Of a stretch of DNA of 64,000 bases, positions 42,854 through 52,440 are shown in pieces; within the stretch, counting starts at the first letter, position 1; each line of letters begins with the position of its first letter. Made by a program: the position numbers and the translations under genes. The notes under the pieces are model-generated. The model was not told the DNA's origin, did not search any database, and saw only the letters and a list, made by a program, of their open reading frames with translations. The DNA comes from a virus (lineage: Duplodnaviria > Caudoviricetes), in the IMG/VR virus record IMGVR_UViG_3300021959_007005. The stretch is one strand, 5' to 3'.

Positions 42854-44269
42854 ATGAAAAAAGATGCAAATAGTATACTAAAAAATATTTTTGATAAAGC
42901 CGCCAATGCGGTTAATGAAGGTTACAAAGTACTTCCTCCAATGGATGACAAGTACCAACCACGTGATGGTTTAGAAGGCCCGTTTACAACATTAAGTGGA
43001 AAAGTAGTATACTATGATCCAGGCGAGGGGGCATATTACGACCCAGATACTGATTTTTATATTTCATACGATGAGTACCAAGAACTAGATAAAGATTATA
43101 GTGGTATGAAAACCGAAGGTGTTGAAACAGATTATGAAAATGAGATTGATCAAATTATTGATGAGATAAAAGAGTTAGGAATAACAGATGTAGATGAAAT
43201 CGCCAGTGTTGTTGGAAACTTTATTGATAATGAAGATGACGCAGCGGAAGTATACGTAACTGTGTTAGACTTTTTGGGACTTGCAGAATCAATTAGCGAA
43301 GGTGCAATGGATGATGAGATTGCCGCATACTACAGGCAGTTAAAACTTCCAAATATGAAATCTTGGAAAAAATTAACAAAAAATGAAAATCTTGGAGGAT
43401 CTCCATTTAGAGCATCCGCTGCTAATGCTGAAGATTATGGCATGTTTAGTCAAGATGGTAATTATGAAGTTCAAGAGATTGTCGACGATGCATGTGGAAT
43501 GGTTAAAAGTGGTGAAGCTGATATTATGAAGGCAGTCGATGCAGCAATGCGAATGCTTACAGATCTAAGTGAAATGGGCGGTCACGAAGAAGCAGAAGAC
43601 ACCGCAGTACGTGATAGTGTTACACGAGCTATTTGGAATCGTTGTGATAATGACGATACTAACGAAGGGCATAGTCCACATAAAAAAGGTACTGCAAAAT
43701 ATAAAAAGCATATGGCTGCAATGCATGCTGAAGATAAAAAGAAAATGGTTAAGGATCCAAAAACAGGTAAGATGGTTCCAAGTTATGCAATAGACGGCAA
43801 AGGTGATAATGATCTTAAAGAGAAGGTATCAATTTCCCAAGTTAAAGAAAGTATCAATACTAAGTCCACAGACAAGAATCGCATAGTAGCGGATTATATT
43901 GGCGGATACTTAAATGGAAACCTTACTGAATCACAAGTTAAAGATGAAATTAAACATGTAGTAAGTCAAATACGCGAATCTGTTGATGCTAACGTAATAT
44001 ACACTAACATGCGTAAAACTAATATACAAGAATCTCTTGATAAAAAATTAATGGTAAGAGAAAGTATTGCACAACTCCAAAAAATTGTATCAGACAAGCA
44101 AATGATGCCAGTTAAATTTACTGACGGCAGTATGAAAATTGATATGACTACAGCAAATATAGTTCTAGATGCATACAAAAAAGTTAAGCCTGAAAATCAA
44201 CAAAAAATAGAAAAAATGATGGAAACAAAATACGGGTTTAAGCGTTTATTAGATATCATCTATAAATAA
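42854..44269 (+). CDS. Modular virion-type protein
   Basis: Several short modules separated by xNE/xKE/xRE; C-terminal VKFTDGSMKIDMTTANIVL domain. Confidence 0.7.
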   Translation: MKKDANSILKNIFDKAANAVNEGYKVLPPMDDKYQPRDGLEGPFTTLSGKVVYYDPGEGAYYDPDTDFYISYDEYQELDKDYSGMKTEGVETDYENEIDQIIDEIKELGITDVDEIASVVGNFIDNEDDAAEVYVTVLDFLGLAESISEGAMDDEIAAYYRQLKLPNMKSWKKLTKNENLGGSPFRASAANAEDYGMFSQDGNYEVQEIVDDACGMVKSGEADIMKAVDAAMRMLTDLSEMGGHEEAEDTAVRDSVTRAIWNRCDNDDTNEGHSPHKKGTAKYKKHMAAMHAEDKKKMVKDPKTGKMVPSYAIDGKGDNDLKEKVSISQVKESINTKSTDKNRIVADYIGGYLNGNLTESQVKDEIKHVVSQIRESVDANVIYTNMRKTNIQESLDKKLMVRESIAQLQKIVSDKQMMPVKFTDGSMKIDMTTANIVLDAYKKVKPENQQKIEKMMETKYGFKRLLDIIYK

Positions 44270-44871
44270 TGATTGCTGACAGTGCTGAAGATTTTGTATG
44301 GGCGAGTATTGACCCAGATGATATCTGGGTCATGGATAAACTAATACTGTCAAGAAAATTAGGGTACGTTTGTGGTCCAGTTGGGCTTGATGTTCCGATA
44401 CCAGGATATTATATTGTGCGACCATGTGTTAACATGTTAGGTCTAGGGTTAGGGACACGGCGGGTATGGATAGAAAAAGAAACTATGCATTTGCCATTAG
44501 GATATTTTTGGTGTGAATTCTTTGAGGGCAGACACCTTAGTGTAGATTATAACTATGGATTACAGCGGTTATGTGTTGAAGGATTTAAACCATTAGATAC
44601 ATTTACTAAATGGAGCGAATGGAAACGTACTACAGACTATGTAACCCGTCCTAATATATTACTTGACTTATTAAAAAGATACGAATGGATTAATTGTGAA
44701 TTTATTGGCGGCAATCTTATTGAAGTTCATCTAAGACACAACGAAGATTTTGACGGCGGTATTAATCATTTTATTCCAGTATGGGAAGGACAAGACACTA
44801 TTCCACCAAATGGATATCAATATAAAGATTATCCAGACGTACATGGACGTATAGGAGCGTTTATAAAATAA
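44269..44871 (+). CDS. Conserved hypothetical protein, possible ATP-grasp-like fold
   Basis: YIVRPCVNMLGLGLG...FWCEFFEGRHLSVDY...INCEFIGG resembles ATP-grasp motifs. Confidence 0.5.
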   Translation: MIADSAEDFVWASIDPDDIWVMDKLILSRKLGYVCGPVGLDVPIPGYYIVRPCVNMLGLGLGTRRVWIEKETMHLPLGYFWCEFFEGRHLSVDYNYGLQRLCVEGFKPLDTFTKWSEWKRTTDYVTRPNILLDLLKRYEWINCEFIGGNLIEVHLRHNEDFDGGINHFIPVWEGQDTIPPNGYQYKDYPDVHGRIGAFIK

Positions 44872-44898
44872 ATACATTTAGTATAAAAAGGAAAAACT

Positions 44899-45753
44899 AT
44901 GAGTAAATTTACATTTGACTTTAAAGGAAGATATGTAGCAGACATCTTACATCTTGGTAAAGATGACGCTATGGAATGGTTAGGCGCAATGCAAGATGTA
45001 TTACCTAAATATGACATTAATACTCCAGAAAGAGTTGCTGGATTTATGGCTCAAACTGGGCATGAATCCAATGGATATAAGGTACTTACTGAAAACTTAA
45101 ACTACAGTGCAAAAGCACTCGATGCTATATTTGGCAAATATTTTAAACGAGCTGGGAGAGATGCAAATGAATATCATAGACAGCCTGAAAAAATTGCGAA
45201 CGTTATTTACGCAAACAGAATGGACAACGGTGATACCAATTCCGGTGATGGCTGGAGATTTAGGGGCGGTGGCATACTGCAACTTACAGGTAGAAGCAAT
45301 TATACAAGATTTGGAGAATCAGTTGGAATGAGTGCTGAAGAAGCAACTGACTATGTACGCACAAAAGAAGGTGCTCTTGAGAGTGCATGTTGGTTCTGGA
45401 AAACAAACAACTTAAACAAATACTGTGATAATAATGATATCACAACATTGTCTAAGCGTGTTAATGGTGGTACAATTGGTCTTGAAGATCGTATTAAACA
45501 TTGGAATCATGCAATGGAATTGTTTACTGGAGTAGCAGCACCACACGTAGAAGAGAAGCTAGACATTAAACTTATTAAAAAAGGTAGTAGGGGATCGCTT
45601 GTTAAAGCAATGCAAGAAGTGCTTGGACTTGATGCTGATGGCGACTTTGGCCCAGGCACAGAACGTGCGGTCAAATCTTGGCAAGCTGAAAATGGACTAA
45701 CACCTGATGGCATTGTAGGACCAAAAACACTAGCTAAGATGGGTATTGAATAA
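44899..45753 (+). CDS. Endolysin: glycoside hydrolase family 19 plus C-terminal peptidoglycan-binding domain
   Basis: FMAQTGHES...ENLNYS...FRGGGILQLTGRSNY...VNGGTIGLEDR; PG_binding_1 DGDFGPGTERAVKSWQ...LTPDGIVGPKT. Confidence 0.92.
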   Translation: MSKFTFDFKGRYVADILHLGKDDAMEWLGAMQDVLPKYDINTPERVAGFMAQTGHESNGYKVLTENLNYSAKALDAIFGKYFKRAGRDANEYHRQPEKIANVIYANRMDNGDTNSGDGWRFRGGGILQLTGRSNYTRFGESVGMSAEEATDYVRTKEGALESACWFWKTNNLNKYCDNNDITTLSKRVNGGTIGLEDRIKHWNHAMELFTGVAAPHVEEKLDIKLIKKGSRGSLVKAMQEVLGLDADGDFGPGTERAVKSWQAENGLTPDGIVGPKTLAKMGIE

Positions 45754-45947
45754 TGGCAGCAAACGATGATGATCAAGGAAAGTTGGAAATTGCCGTAAGA
45801 GTATTAGGTAATGAACTAGTTGCTTTAAAAATGGTAGTAGATGATTTTAAAATGAAATGGTTAGTAATCGGTGTATTCACCATTGTGTCATTATTTTGGG
45901 CCGCTAGTAAATTTGGTCCAGCATTAATGGGAACATTTGGATCATGA
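45753..45947 (+). CDS. Small single-TM protein (holin/antiholin candidate)
   Basis: TAATG-coupled to the endolysin; WLVIGVFTIVSLFWAA. Confidence 0.55.
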   Translation: MAANDDDQGKLEIAVRVLGNELVALKMVVDDFKMKWLVIGVFTIVSLFWAASKFGPALMGTFGS

Positions 45948-46138
45948 TAAGCAAACAGTGTAAAGCACATTTAAATGATGTTGGAGAAACAGGATTACAA
46001 CATATGGCAGTGGCATTAAAAACCGCAGTTAGGTTACAACTATTGGTTCCTGCACTAATTATTCACAGCATCGCACCTAGGTGCTTTACACACACAGCAA
46101 CTAATGTGATGAAAGATATTTTGGAGAAAAGAAAATGA
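45944..46138 (+). CDS. Small hypothetical protein (DUF6356-like pattern)
   Basis: HLNDVGETGLQHM...LIIHSIAPRCFTHTAT. Confidence 0.55.
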   Translation: MISKQCKAHLNDVGETGLQHMAVALKTAVRLQLLVPALIIHSIAPRCFTHTATNVMKDILEKRK

Positions 46139-46293
46139 ATTGGATAAAAGAACGTATCAGTGAACGCACCACATGGGACGGTGGCGTGATGATCGCAATG
46201 GGACTGATTGCATTGTTTGCAACTAGCTTTATTAAATTAGCGGCAATTGCAGCAATTGCATATGGCGCATGGACTATTTGGAAAGCAGAATAG
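46135..46293 (+). CDS. 52-aa two-TM protein, holin candidate (not in supplied track)
   Basis: Hand-translated MNWIKERISERTTWDGGVMIAMGLIALFATSFIKLAAIAAIAYGAWTIWKAE; GGAG SD, ATGA overlap. Confidence 0.6.
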   Translation: MNWIKERISERTTWDGGVMIAMGLIALFATSFIKLAAIAAIAYGAWTIWKAE

Positions 46294-46294
46294 T

Positions 46295-46594
46295 ATGTGG
46301 GAAATGATCGAACGCATGGCTAGCGATAGGCTTTGGATTTACACTGCACTTGCTGGAAGTGTGTTCGGTGCCATATTTGTGGCATATATGAGTACTACAC
46401 GTATAGGACTTTGGTTTTATGCCAAAGTGGACAGTTGGGTAGACTTTTTAGTAGAGCGTTGGGGCTGGACATGGTTACAACAACCAGAAGATGCATGGCG
46501 TAAAAAGTATCCACACGTTACTAAGAAAATAGATAAACTAGAAACTCGTATTGAAGAACTAGAGAGAAAAGACACACAATATCATAATTATTAA
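46295..46594 (+). CDS. Membrane-anchored hypothetical protein
   Basis: Start reassigned to 46295 (MWEMIERM); N-terminal TM and C-terminal coiled coil. Confidence 0.6.
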   Translation: MWEMIERMASDRLWIYTALAGSVFGAIFVAYMSTTRIGLWFYAKVDSWVDFLVERWGWTWLQQPEDAWRKKYPHVTKKIDKLETRIEELERKDTQYHNY

Positions 46595-46595
46595 C

Positions 46596-46625
46596 TTGAC
46601 ATTTCTATTGTAAACCTGCTATACT
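46596..46625 (+). promoter_or_regulatory. sigma70-type promoter of the replication operon
   Basis: TTGACA-18 bp-TATACT with an extended -10 TG. Confidence 0.7.
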
Positions 46626-46658
46626 ATAGTAAGATTATAATATAAACAAGGAGCAAAT

Positions 46659-46919
46659 ATGCCTACACGATCATTTAGTAGTTCAGAAATTACAAAACTA
46701 AAGCAATTAATGAGCGAAGGAATTCAAGTAACTAGTGAAGTTGATGCATTAAAAGAAGGTCTTAAAGATACAGTTAAGGCTATTGCTGAAGAAATGGATA
46801 TGAAACCAGCACTACTTAATAAAGCAATCCGAATTGCTTACAAAAATGAGTTTGCTCAAACACAGGATAACTTTAGCCAAGTTGAAGAAATTTTAGCGGC
46901 TGTAGGTAGAGACAATTAA
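46659..46919 (+). CDS. Small dsDNA-binding protein (T4 DsbA/GapR-like)
   Basis: Helical KLKQLMSE...LKEGLKDTVKAIAEEMDMKPALLNKAIRIAYK pattern. Confidence 0.6.
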   Translation: MPTRSFSSSEITKLKQLMSEGIQVTSEVDALKEGLKDTVKAIAEEMDMKPALLNKAIRIAYKNEFAQTQDNFSQVEEILAAVGRDN

Positions 46920-47617
46920 TGCTCGACTTAAAAGTTATTGAAGTAGAACATTACACAGACAAATTATTTAGAATACAAACAGAAAGACCCCGTAGTTTTA
47001 GATTTACTGCGGGGGAGTTTGTTATGATAGGTTTAGAAGATGCACCTAATAGGGCATACAGTATTACCAGTGGTCCATATGATGACTACATTGAGTTCTA
47101 CAGTATCAAAGTACAAGATGGACCGCTAACAAGTAAACTACAGCATATTCAAGTAGGCGATACTATTCGTGTAGGTGAGAAGCCAACAGGTACACTTATA
47201 CTTGCTAACTTAGAGCTAGGCGGGCACCTAGTAATGATGGCAAGTGGTACTGGTATTGCTCCGTTTATTAGTTTACTACGTGAACCAGAAACATATGACT
47301 TGTTTGAGAACATTACAGTAACATGGACCACTAGGCTACATGCTGAACAAGACTGTTACCGAGACTTCTTGAATGAGATGCCAATTGAATACATCAGCAC
47401 AGTTACACAAGAGCCAGCTGAACTACAAGGACGTATTCAAAAGTTTATGGCAGATGGTACAGTACAGATTGACAATCCTGCTGAACAGCGTATAATGTTA
47501 TGTGGAAGTGTGGCATTTAATAATGATTTGAAAGAACACTTTAACAGTCTCGGATTTAATGAGGGAAACAAACGCACACAAGGTACGTTTGTACAAGAAA
47601 GGGCGTTTGTTAGTTAA
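46919..47617 (+). CDS. fpr: Ferredoxin/flavodoxin-NADP+ reductase
   Basis: RFTAGEFVMIGL, RAYSI, EFYSIKVQDGPLTSKL, GTGIAPFISL, MLCGS. Confidence 0.93.
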   Translation: MLDLKVIEVEHYTDKLFRIQTERPRSFRFTAGEFVMIGLEDAPNRAYSITSGPYDDYIEFYSIKVQDGPLTSKLQHIQVGDTIRVGEKPTGTLILANLELGGHLVMMASGTGIAPFISLLREPETYDLFENITVTWTTRLHAEQDCYRDFLNEMPIEYISTVTQEPAELQGRIQKFMADGTVQIDNPAEQRIMLCGSVAFNNDLKEHFNSLGFNEGNKRTQGTFVQERAFVS

Positions 47618-50298
47618 TGTATGTAGATGCACATTTTGATCGTAACAAAGATATTATCTATGTTGCTGAACGTATTAATGGCCATAGAGAGTATCGAGAG
47701 TACCCGCCAAGCTATATGTTTTATTATAAAGACCAACGTGGGAAATATGAAAGTATTTTCGGAGACAAACTCTCACGGTATTCAACTACAAATGGCAAGG
47801 CATTTAAAAAAGAAAAGAAAATGTATGGTGGACAAACATTATTTGAAAGTGATGTTAATCAAGTTTTCAAATGTTTGGAAAACAACTACTTGGGGAAAGA
47901 ACCTCCTAAACTAAACACTGCATTTTTTGATATTGAAGTTGACTTTGACAAAGATGTAGGATTTGCACCGCCAGAAGATCCGTTTAATCCTGTTACTGCT
48001 ATTGCTGTTAACTTAAATTGGATTGGCAAGACAATATGTATTGCTTGTAAGCCTGATACACTCACTAAAGAAGATGCACAAGAAATTTGTGATAGATTTC
48101 CTGACACACTTCTTATGGATACAGAAGAAGAACTGCTTCGAACATTTTTAGAGTTAATTGAAGACGCAGACGTAATGAGTGGATGGAATAGTGAAGGATT
48201 TGATATTCCATATTTGGTAAACCGCATTACACGTATACTTGGAAAAGATTACACACGTAAATTTTGCTTGTGGGATCAACTACCAAAGCGCAGAGAGTTT
48301 GAAAAATATGGCAAGGCACAAGAAACATATGATACAATTGGTCGATTGCATTTGGATTATATGCAACTATATCAGAAGTACACATATCATGAAATGCATA
48401 GTTATGCACTAGACGCAATTGGCGAATATGAGCTCAATGAGCGTAAGATTGCATATTCAGGCACATTAGATGCATTGTATAATAATGACTTTGAAACTTT
48501 TATTGATTACAACCGTCAAGATGTGGAATTGTTAGTTAAACTAGATGCAAAGTTGCAGTTTATTGACTTAGCAAATGTTATTGCACATGATAACACAGTA
48601 CTAATACAAACCACAATGGGCGCAGTTGCAGTTACTGACCAAGCTATTATTAATGAAGCACATCGCAATGGACTTATTGTTCCAGATAAACAACATGATA
48701 AAGTACAAAAGCATTATCCACAAACAACACAAGCCGCTGGTGCATACGTTGCAACACCAGTTAGAGGACGGCATGAATGGATTGGTAGTATGGATTTAAA
48801 CAGTCTGTATCCAAGTATTTTACGTGGACTTAACTTGAGTACTGAAACAATTGTTGGGCAAATTAGACATACATTAACTGTACCACTTCTACAAGAGTTT
48901 AAATGGGAAGCAGCAAGGGCTTGGGAAGGTAAATTCGCCACACCTGAATATGAGCTAGTAATGGCTAAAGATACTAAAACACAGTTATGGATTGACTTTG
49001 AAAATGGTGAAGAGTTAATGGCAACTGGCGCTGAGATATACCAGATCATTTTTGAAAGTGGACAGCCTTGGGTTATATCAAGTAATGCTACTATTATTAA
49101 ACAAGATAAAAAAGGCATCATTCCTGGCTTATTAGAGCGTTGGTATGCTGAACGTAAAGTATTACAAAAGAATGCCAAAGAAGCAAAAGGTGTTGATGGT
49201 GAAAAATTTACATATTGGGATAAACGACAGCTAGTTAAAAAGATTAACTTGAACAGTTTGTATGGTGCGTTACTTAATCCAGGCAGTAGATTTAATGATC
49301 CACGCATGGGGCAATCAACAACACTAACTGGCAGAACTATTGCTAGACATATGGGAGCTAAAGTAAATGAACTATTTACAGGAGAGTATGACCATGTCGG
49401 GGCCAGCATTATATATGGAGATACTGATAGTATCTATTTTAGTGCGTATCCTATATTCAAGGAACAGATAAAAAATGGAGAGTTTGAATGGGATAAAGAT
49501 AAGGTTAGTGAATTATATGACACAGTATGTGAGCAAGCTAACGTAACCTTTCCTGATTACATGGCAAATGCACATAATGTGCAAGACCGTGAGCAGGGAA
49601 AAATTATTGCCGCTGCTCGAGAAATGTGTGCGTTATCAGGTATCTTTATCAAGAAGAAACGCTATGCAATCCTAGTATATGACAACGAAGGGTTTAGAGA
49701 AGATTATGATGATAAACCTGGTAAAATTAAAGCCATGGGATTGGACTTAAAACGTAGCGATACTCCTCCATTTATGCAAGATTTTTTGAGTGAACTACTT
49801 TTAAAAACACTTACTGGTGTCCCTAATGAAGAACTTATTGAAAGAATTGTTGAATTCAGACGTGAGTTTAGAGACAAGCCAGCATGGGAGATTGGCACAC
49901 CTAAGCGTGTTAATAAGCTCACATATTATAATAATTTAGAGTGGGATAAAAAAGGCAGCTACAAAGGTAAAGCAAACATGCCAGGGCATGTTCGTGCCGC
50001 AATTAACTATAATCGTCTACGTGATATCAATAGTGATAAGTTTAGCTTAGATATTATTGATGGTATGAAAACTATTGTATGTAAATTAAAACCAAACCCA
50101 ATGGGATTTACTAGTATCGGTTATCCTACAGATGAAGGCAGAATTCCAGATTGGTTTAAGGAATTACCATTTGATACTGATCTTATGGAGGAGACTATTA
50201 TTACTAAAAAAATAGAAAACTTACTAGGAGTAATAGATATTGACTTATCTAAAGCAGAGGACAAAACTACATTTGAGAGTTTGTTTGATTTTGGATGA
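47617..50298 (+). CDS. Family B DNA polymerase (T4 gp43-like)
   Basis: Exonuclease FFDIEV / SGWNSEGFDIPY / YNRQDV; polymerase DLNSLYPS, KINLNSLYG, YGDTDS, KKRYA, GLDLKRSD. Confidence 0.97.
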   Translation: MYVDAHFDRNKDIIYVAERINGHREYREYPPSYMFYYKDQRGKYESIFGDKLSRYSTTNGKAFKKEKKMYGGQTLFESDVNQVFKCLENNYLGKEPPKLNTAFFDIEVDFDKDVGFAPPEDPFNPVTAIAVNLNWIGKTICIACKPDTLTKEDAQEICDRFPDTLLMDTEEELLRTFLELIEDADVMSGWNSEGFDIPYLVNRITRILGKDYTRKFCLWDQLPKRREFEKYGKAQETYDTIGRLHLDYMQLYQKYTYHEMHSYALDAIGEYELNERKIAYSGTLDALYNNDFETFIDYNRQDVELLVKLDAKLQFIDLANVIAHDNTVLIQTTMGAVAVTDQAIINEAHRNGLIVPDKQHDKVQKHYPQTTQAAGAYVATPVRGRHEWIGSMDLNSLYPSILRGLNLSTETIVGQIRHTLTVPLLQEFKWEAARAWEGKFATPEYELVMAKDTKTQLWIDFENGEELMATGAEIYQIIFESGQPWVISSNATIIKQDKKGIIPGLLERWYAERKVLQKNAKEAKGVDGEKFTYWDKRQLVKKINLNSLYGALLNPGSRFNDPRMGQSTTLTGRTIARHMGAKVNELFTGEYDHVGASIIYGDTDSIYFSAYPIFKEQIKNGEFEWDKDKVSELYDTVCEQANVTFPDYMANAHNVQDREQGKIIAAAREMCALSGIFIKKKRYAILVYDNEGFREDYDDKPGKIKAMGLDLKRSDTPPFMQDFLSELLLKTLTGVPNEELIERIVEFRREFRDKPAWEIGTPKRVNKLTYYNNLEWDKKGSYKGKANMPGHVRAAINYNRLRDINSDKFSLDIIDGMKTIVCKLKPNPMGFTSIGYPTDEGRIPDWFKELPFDTDLMEETIITKKIENLLGVIDIDLSKAEDKTTFESLFDFG

Positions 50299-50525
50299 AA
50301 CTAGATTTACATGGAAAACATATTCATGAAGCATGGAAATGTGTTGACAGATTCATTAATGACTGCTATTATGGTAATATTAAAAGATGTGAAATTATCT
50401 GCGGTCAAGGTGCTATTAGGACTGAAATTGAAACCTGGTTGCATCTAAATAAGCATGTAAAAGAATACAGGTTTAATAGTCGCACACAAGGCAGCTACAA
50501 CATAATACTAACAAAAAGGAAATAA
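50295..50525 (+). CDS. Stand-alone Smr/MutS2-domain protein
   Basis: LDLHGKHIHEA...EIICGQGAIRTEIETWL. Confidence 0.8.
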   Translation: MKLDLHGKHIHEAWKCVDRFINDCYYGNIKRCEIICGQGAIRTEIETWLHLNKHVKEYRFNSRTQGSYNIILTKRK

Positions 50526-50527
50526 GT

Positions 50528-51247
50528 ATGAGAGATTATCTTCTCGATATTGTAAAACATACACGAAGTGTAGGCAACATTGATGCAGTTAAAGTTACTG
50601 ACGGATTAGTTGTCGAAGCAAAAGACGACGATAATAAGGTAATTGTGAAAGCAACTTATAAGTCAGCCCCAACAGAATTAGACGGTGTACTAGGGCTACC
50701 TAACTTGGATAAACTAAACATTATCCTTAATATTCCTGAGTACACAGAAAATGCAAAAATTAGTGTTGAAAATCGTGAACGCAATGGAGAAAGCACACCA
50801 TTTAGTTTGAAGTTTGAAAATGCAGGTGGCGACTTTAAAAATGACTTCCGCTTTATGAGTAAGGAACTAGTTACCCAACGTATTCCAGAAGTAAGATTTA
50901 AAGGTGCTAATTGGGATGTAGAGTTTGAACCACATAGTGCAAGCGTACAACGGTTTAAATTCCAAAGCCAAGCAAATAGTGAAGAAAGTGTGTTTATTGC
51001 AAAAACTGAAGACACCAATCTAAAGTTTTATTTTGGCGATGATAGTGGACATACTGGAAACTTAGTATTTCAGGCAGACATATCTGGATCACTAAAACAA
51101 AGCTGGAAATATCCAGTTGCAGAGGTATTAAACGTATTAAATATCAATGGTGACATTACTATGCGGTTTAGTGATAGTGGGGCACTTAAAATTGATGTAG
51201 ACAATGGCATGGCCATTTATGAATACATCTTTCCGGCACAAAGTTAA
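50528..51247 (+). CDS. Sliding clamp / polymerase processivity factor (gp45-like)
   Basis: 239-aa two-domain beta/alpha pattern directly after the polymerase; clamp loader also in the window. Confidence 0.65.
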   Translation: MRDYLLDIVKHTRSVGNIDAVKVTDGLVVEAKDDDNKVIVKATYKSAPTELDGVLGLPNLDKLNIILNIPEYTENAKISVENRERNGESTPFSLKFENAGGDFKNDFRFMSKELVTQRIPEVRFKGANWDVEFEPHSASVQRFKFQSQANSEESVFIAKTEDTNLKFYFGDDSGHTGNLVFQADISGSLKQSWKYPVAEVLNVLNINGDITMRFSDSGALKIDVDNGMAIYEYIFPAQS

Positions 51248-51684
51248 TGATAGTTGGGTTCACATGTAGTGTATTTGACCTGCTACATGCAGGTCATATT
51301 GCAATGCTACGTGAAGCTAAAGATCATGTTGATTACTTAATAGTTGGGTTACAAACTGACCCAACTATTGATAGACCAGACGAAAAGAATAAACCAGTAC
51401 AGAGTTTAGTAGAAAGATACGCACAATTAGCAGCTACTAAATATGTTGATGAAATAATACCTTATCAAACTGAACAGGACTTAACTGACATACTTGAAAT
51501 GTATCATATTGATATTCGAATCCTTGGAGAAGAATATCGAGAAAAAGATTTTACTGGAAAAGAAGTTTGTCGCAAAAGAGAAATCGAACTATATTTTAAC
51601 AAACGAGATCATAGGTTTAGTACTAGTGATCTTAGGAAGAGAGTGGAAAATGCACCCTGCCAAAAAAGAAGCTCGCCTAAATAA
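51247..51684 (+). CDS. Cytidylyltransferase (TagD/glycerol-3-phosphate CTase-like)
   Basis: FDLLHAGHI (HxGH), LIVGLQTD, VDEII, FSTSDLRKR. Confidence 0.88.
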   Translation: MIVGFTCSVFDLLHAGHIAMLREAKDHVDYLIVGLQTDPTIDRPDEKNKPVQSLVERYAQLAATKYVDEIIPYQTEQDLTDILEMYHIDIRILGEEYREKDFTGKEVCRKREIELYFNKRDHRFSTSDLRKRVENAPCQKRSSPK

Positions 51685-51838
51685 ACTACGTGAACAACAT
51701 AAAAATCTTGACATCAGGATCCAAAAGTTATATAATACAACTAATAGTGAACGTACCTTAAAAACCCTTAAAATTGAGAAATTAGATCTCAAAGATAAAA
51801 TTACCGAATTGGAGAATAGAAATGGTAAAAAAAATTAG
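51650..51838 (+). CDS. YdcH/DUF465-like coiled-coil protein
   Basis: Start reassigned to 51650; RLNKLREQHKNLDIRI...LKIEKLDLKDKI. Confidence 0.65.
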   Translation: MHPAKKEARLNKLREQHKNLDIRIQKLYNTTNSERTLKTLKIEKLDLKDKITELENRNGKKN

Positions 51839-51992
51839 AGTTATTGAACCAGATATTGAAAATACTGGAGATGCAGAAAATATGACAGAGCTAGCAAAAT
51901 CTATGGATTGGAAGCTATGGGAAATCTTGCAAATTATGCAGAGATTAGAAAAGAAAATTGGGGCTGATGGTTTAGTTCTCGACGATGGCTGA
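51822..51992 (+). CDS. Hypothetical 56-aa protein
   Basis: Hand-translated MVKKIRVIEPDIENTGDAENMTELAKSMDWKLWEILQIMQRLEKKIGADGLVLDDG; GGAG SD. Confidence 0.6.
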   Translation: MVKKIRVIEPDIENTGDAENMTELAKSMDWKLWEILQIMQRLEKKIGADGLVLDDG

Positions 51993-52431
51993 TAATTATG
52001 AACCCTACGAAGCATATATGCGACGGAGATCAAAAGAAGAGGATGCAAAAATGAATAATGCTAAACGTAGTATTTGGGTAACTTTCACTAAAGAAGGTAT
52101 CCATAAGTATCCAGCAGCATTAGACGATCCTGCACTAGCAACAGGAGATGAGTATGATGTAAGTTTCTTAGGATACCCACATCGACATACTTTTCATTTT
52201 AAAGTACAAATACAAGTAACACACAACGATAGAGATATTGAATTTATTCAATTCAAGCGTTGGTTAGAGAATCTTTATAAAGAAGATATTCTCGAACTAG
52301 ATTACAAGTCATGTGAAATGATTGCAGATGACTTATATCTACACATCAACAGCAAATACCCCGGCCGGTTTGTTGTCATTGATGTCGCCGAAGATGGCGA
52401 AAACGGCTGTCAAATTGTTTATCCAGCATAA
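51985..52431 (+). CDS. QueD-like (6-pyruvoyltetrahydropterin synthase T-fold) protein
   Basis: IWVTF..EGIHKY...HRHTFHFKV...DIEF...SCEMIA...V.EDGENG: T-fold His motif and terminal E; clustered with folE and a TGT-like gene. Confidence 0.65.
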   Translation: MADNYEPYEAYMRRRSKEEDAKMNNAKRSIWVTFTKEGIHKYPAALDDPALATGDEYDVSFLGYPHRHTFHFKVQIQVTHNDRDIEFIQFKRWLENLYKEDILELDYKSCEMIADDLYLHINSKYPGRFVVIDVAEDGENGCQIVYPA

Positions 52432-52440
52432 AGGAATATA

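Noticed and set aside
47617-50298. Intein or intron in the DNA polymerase
   Set aside because: The 893-aa ORF is continuous with normally spaced exonuclease and polymerase motifs; no splicing or homing-endonuclease motifs were seen.
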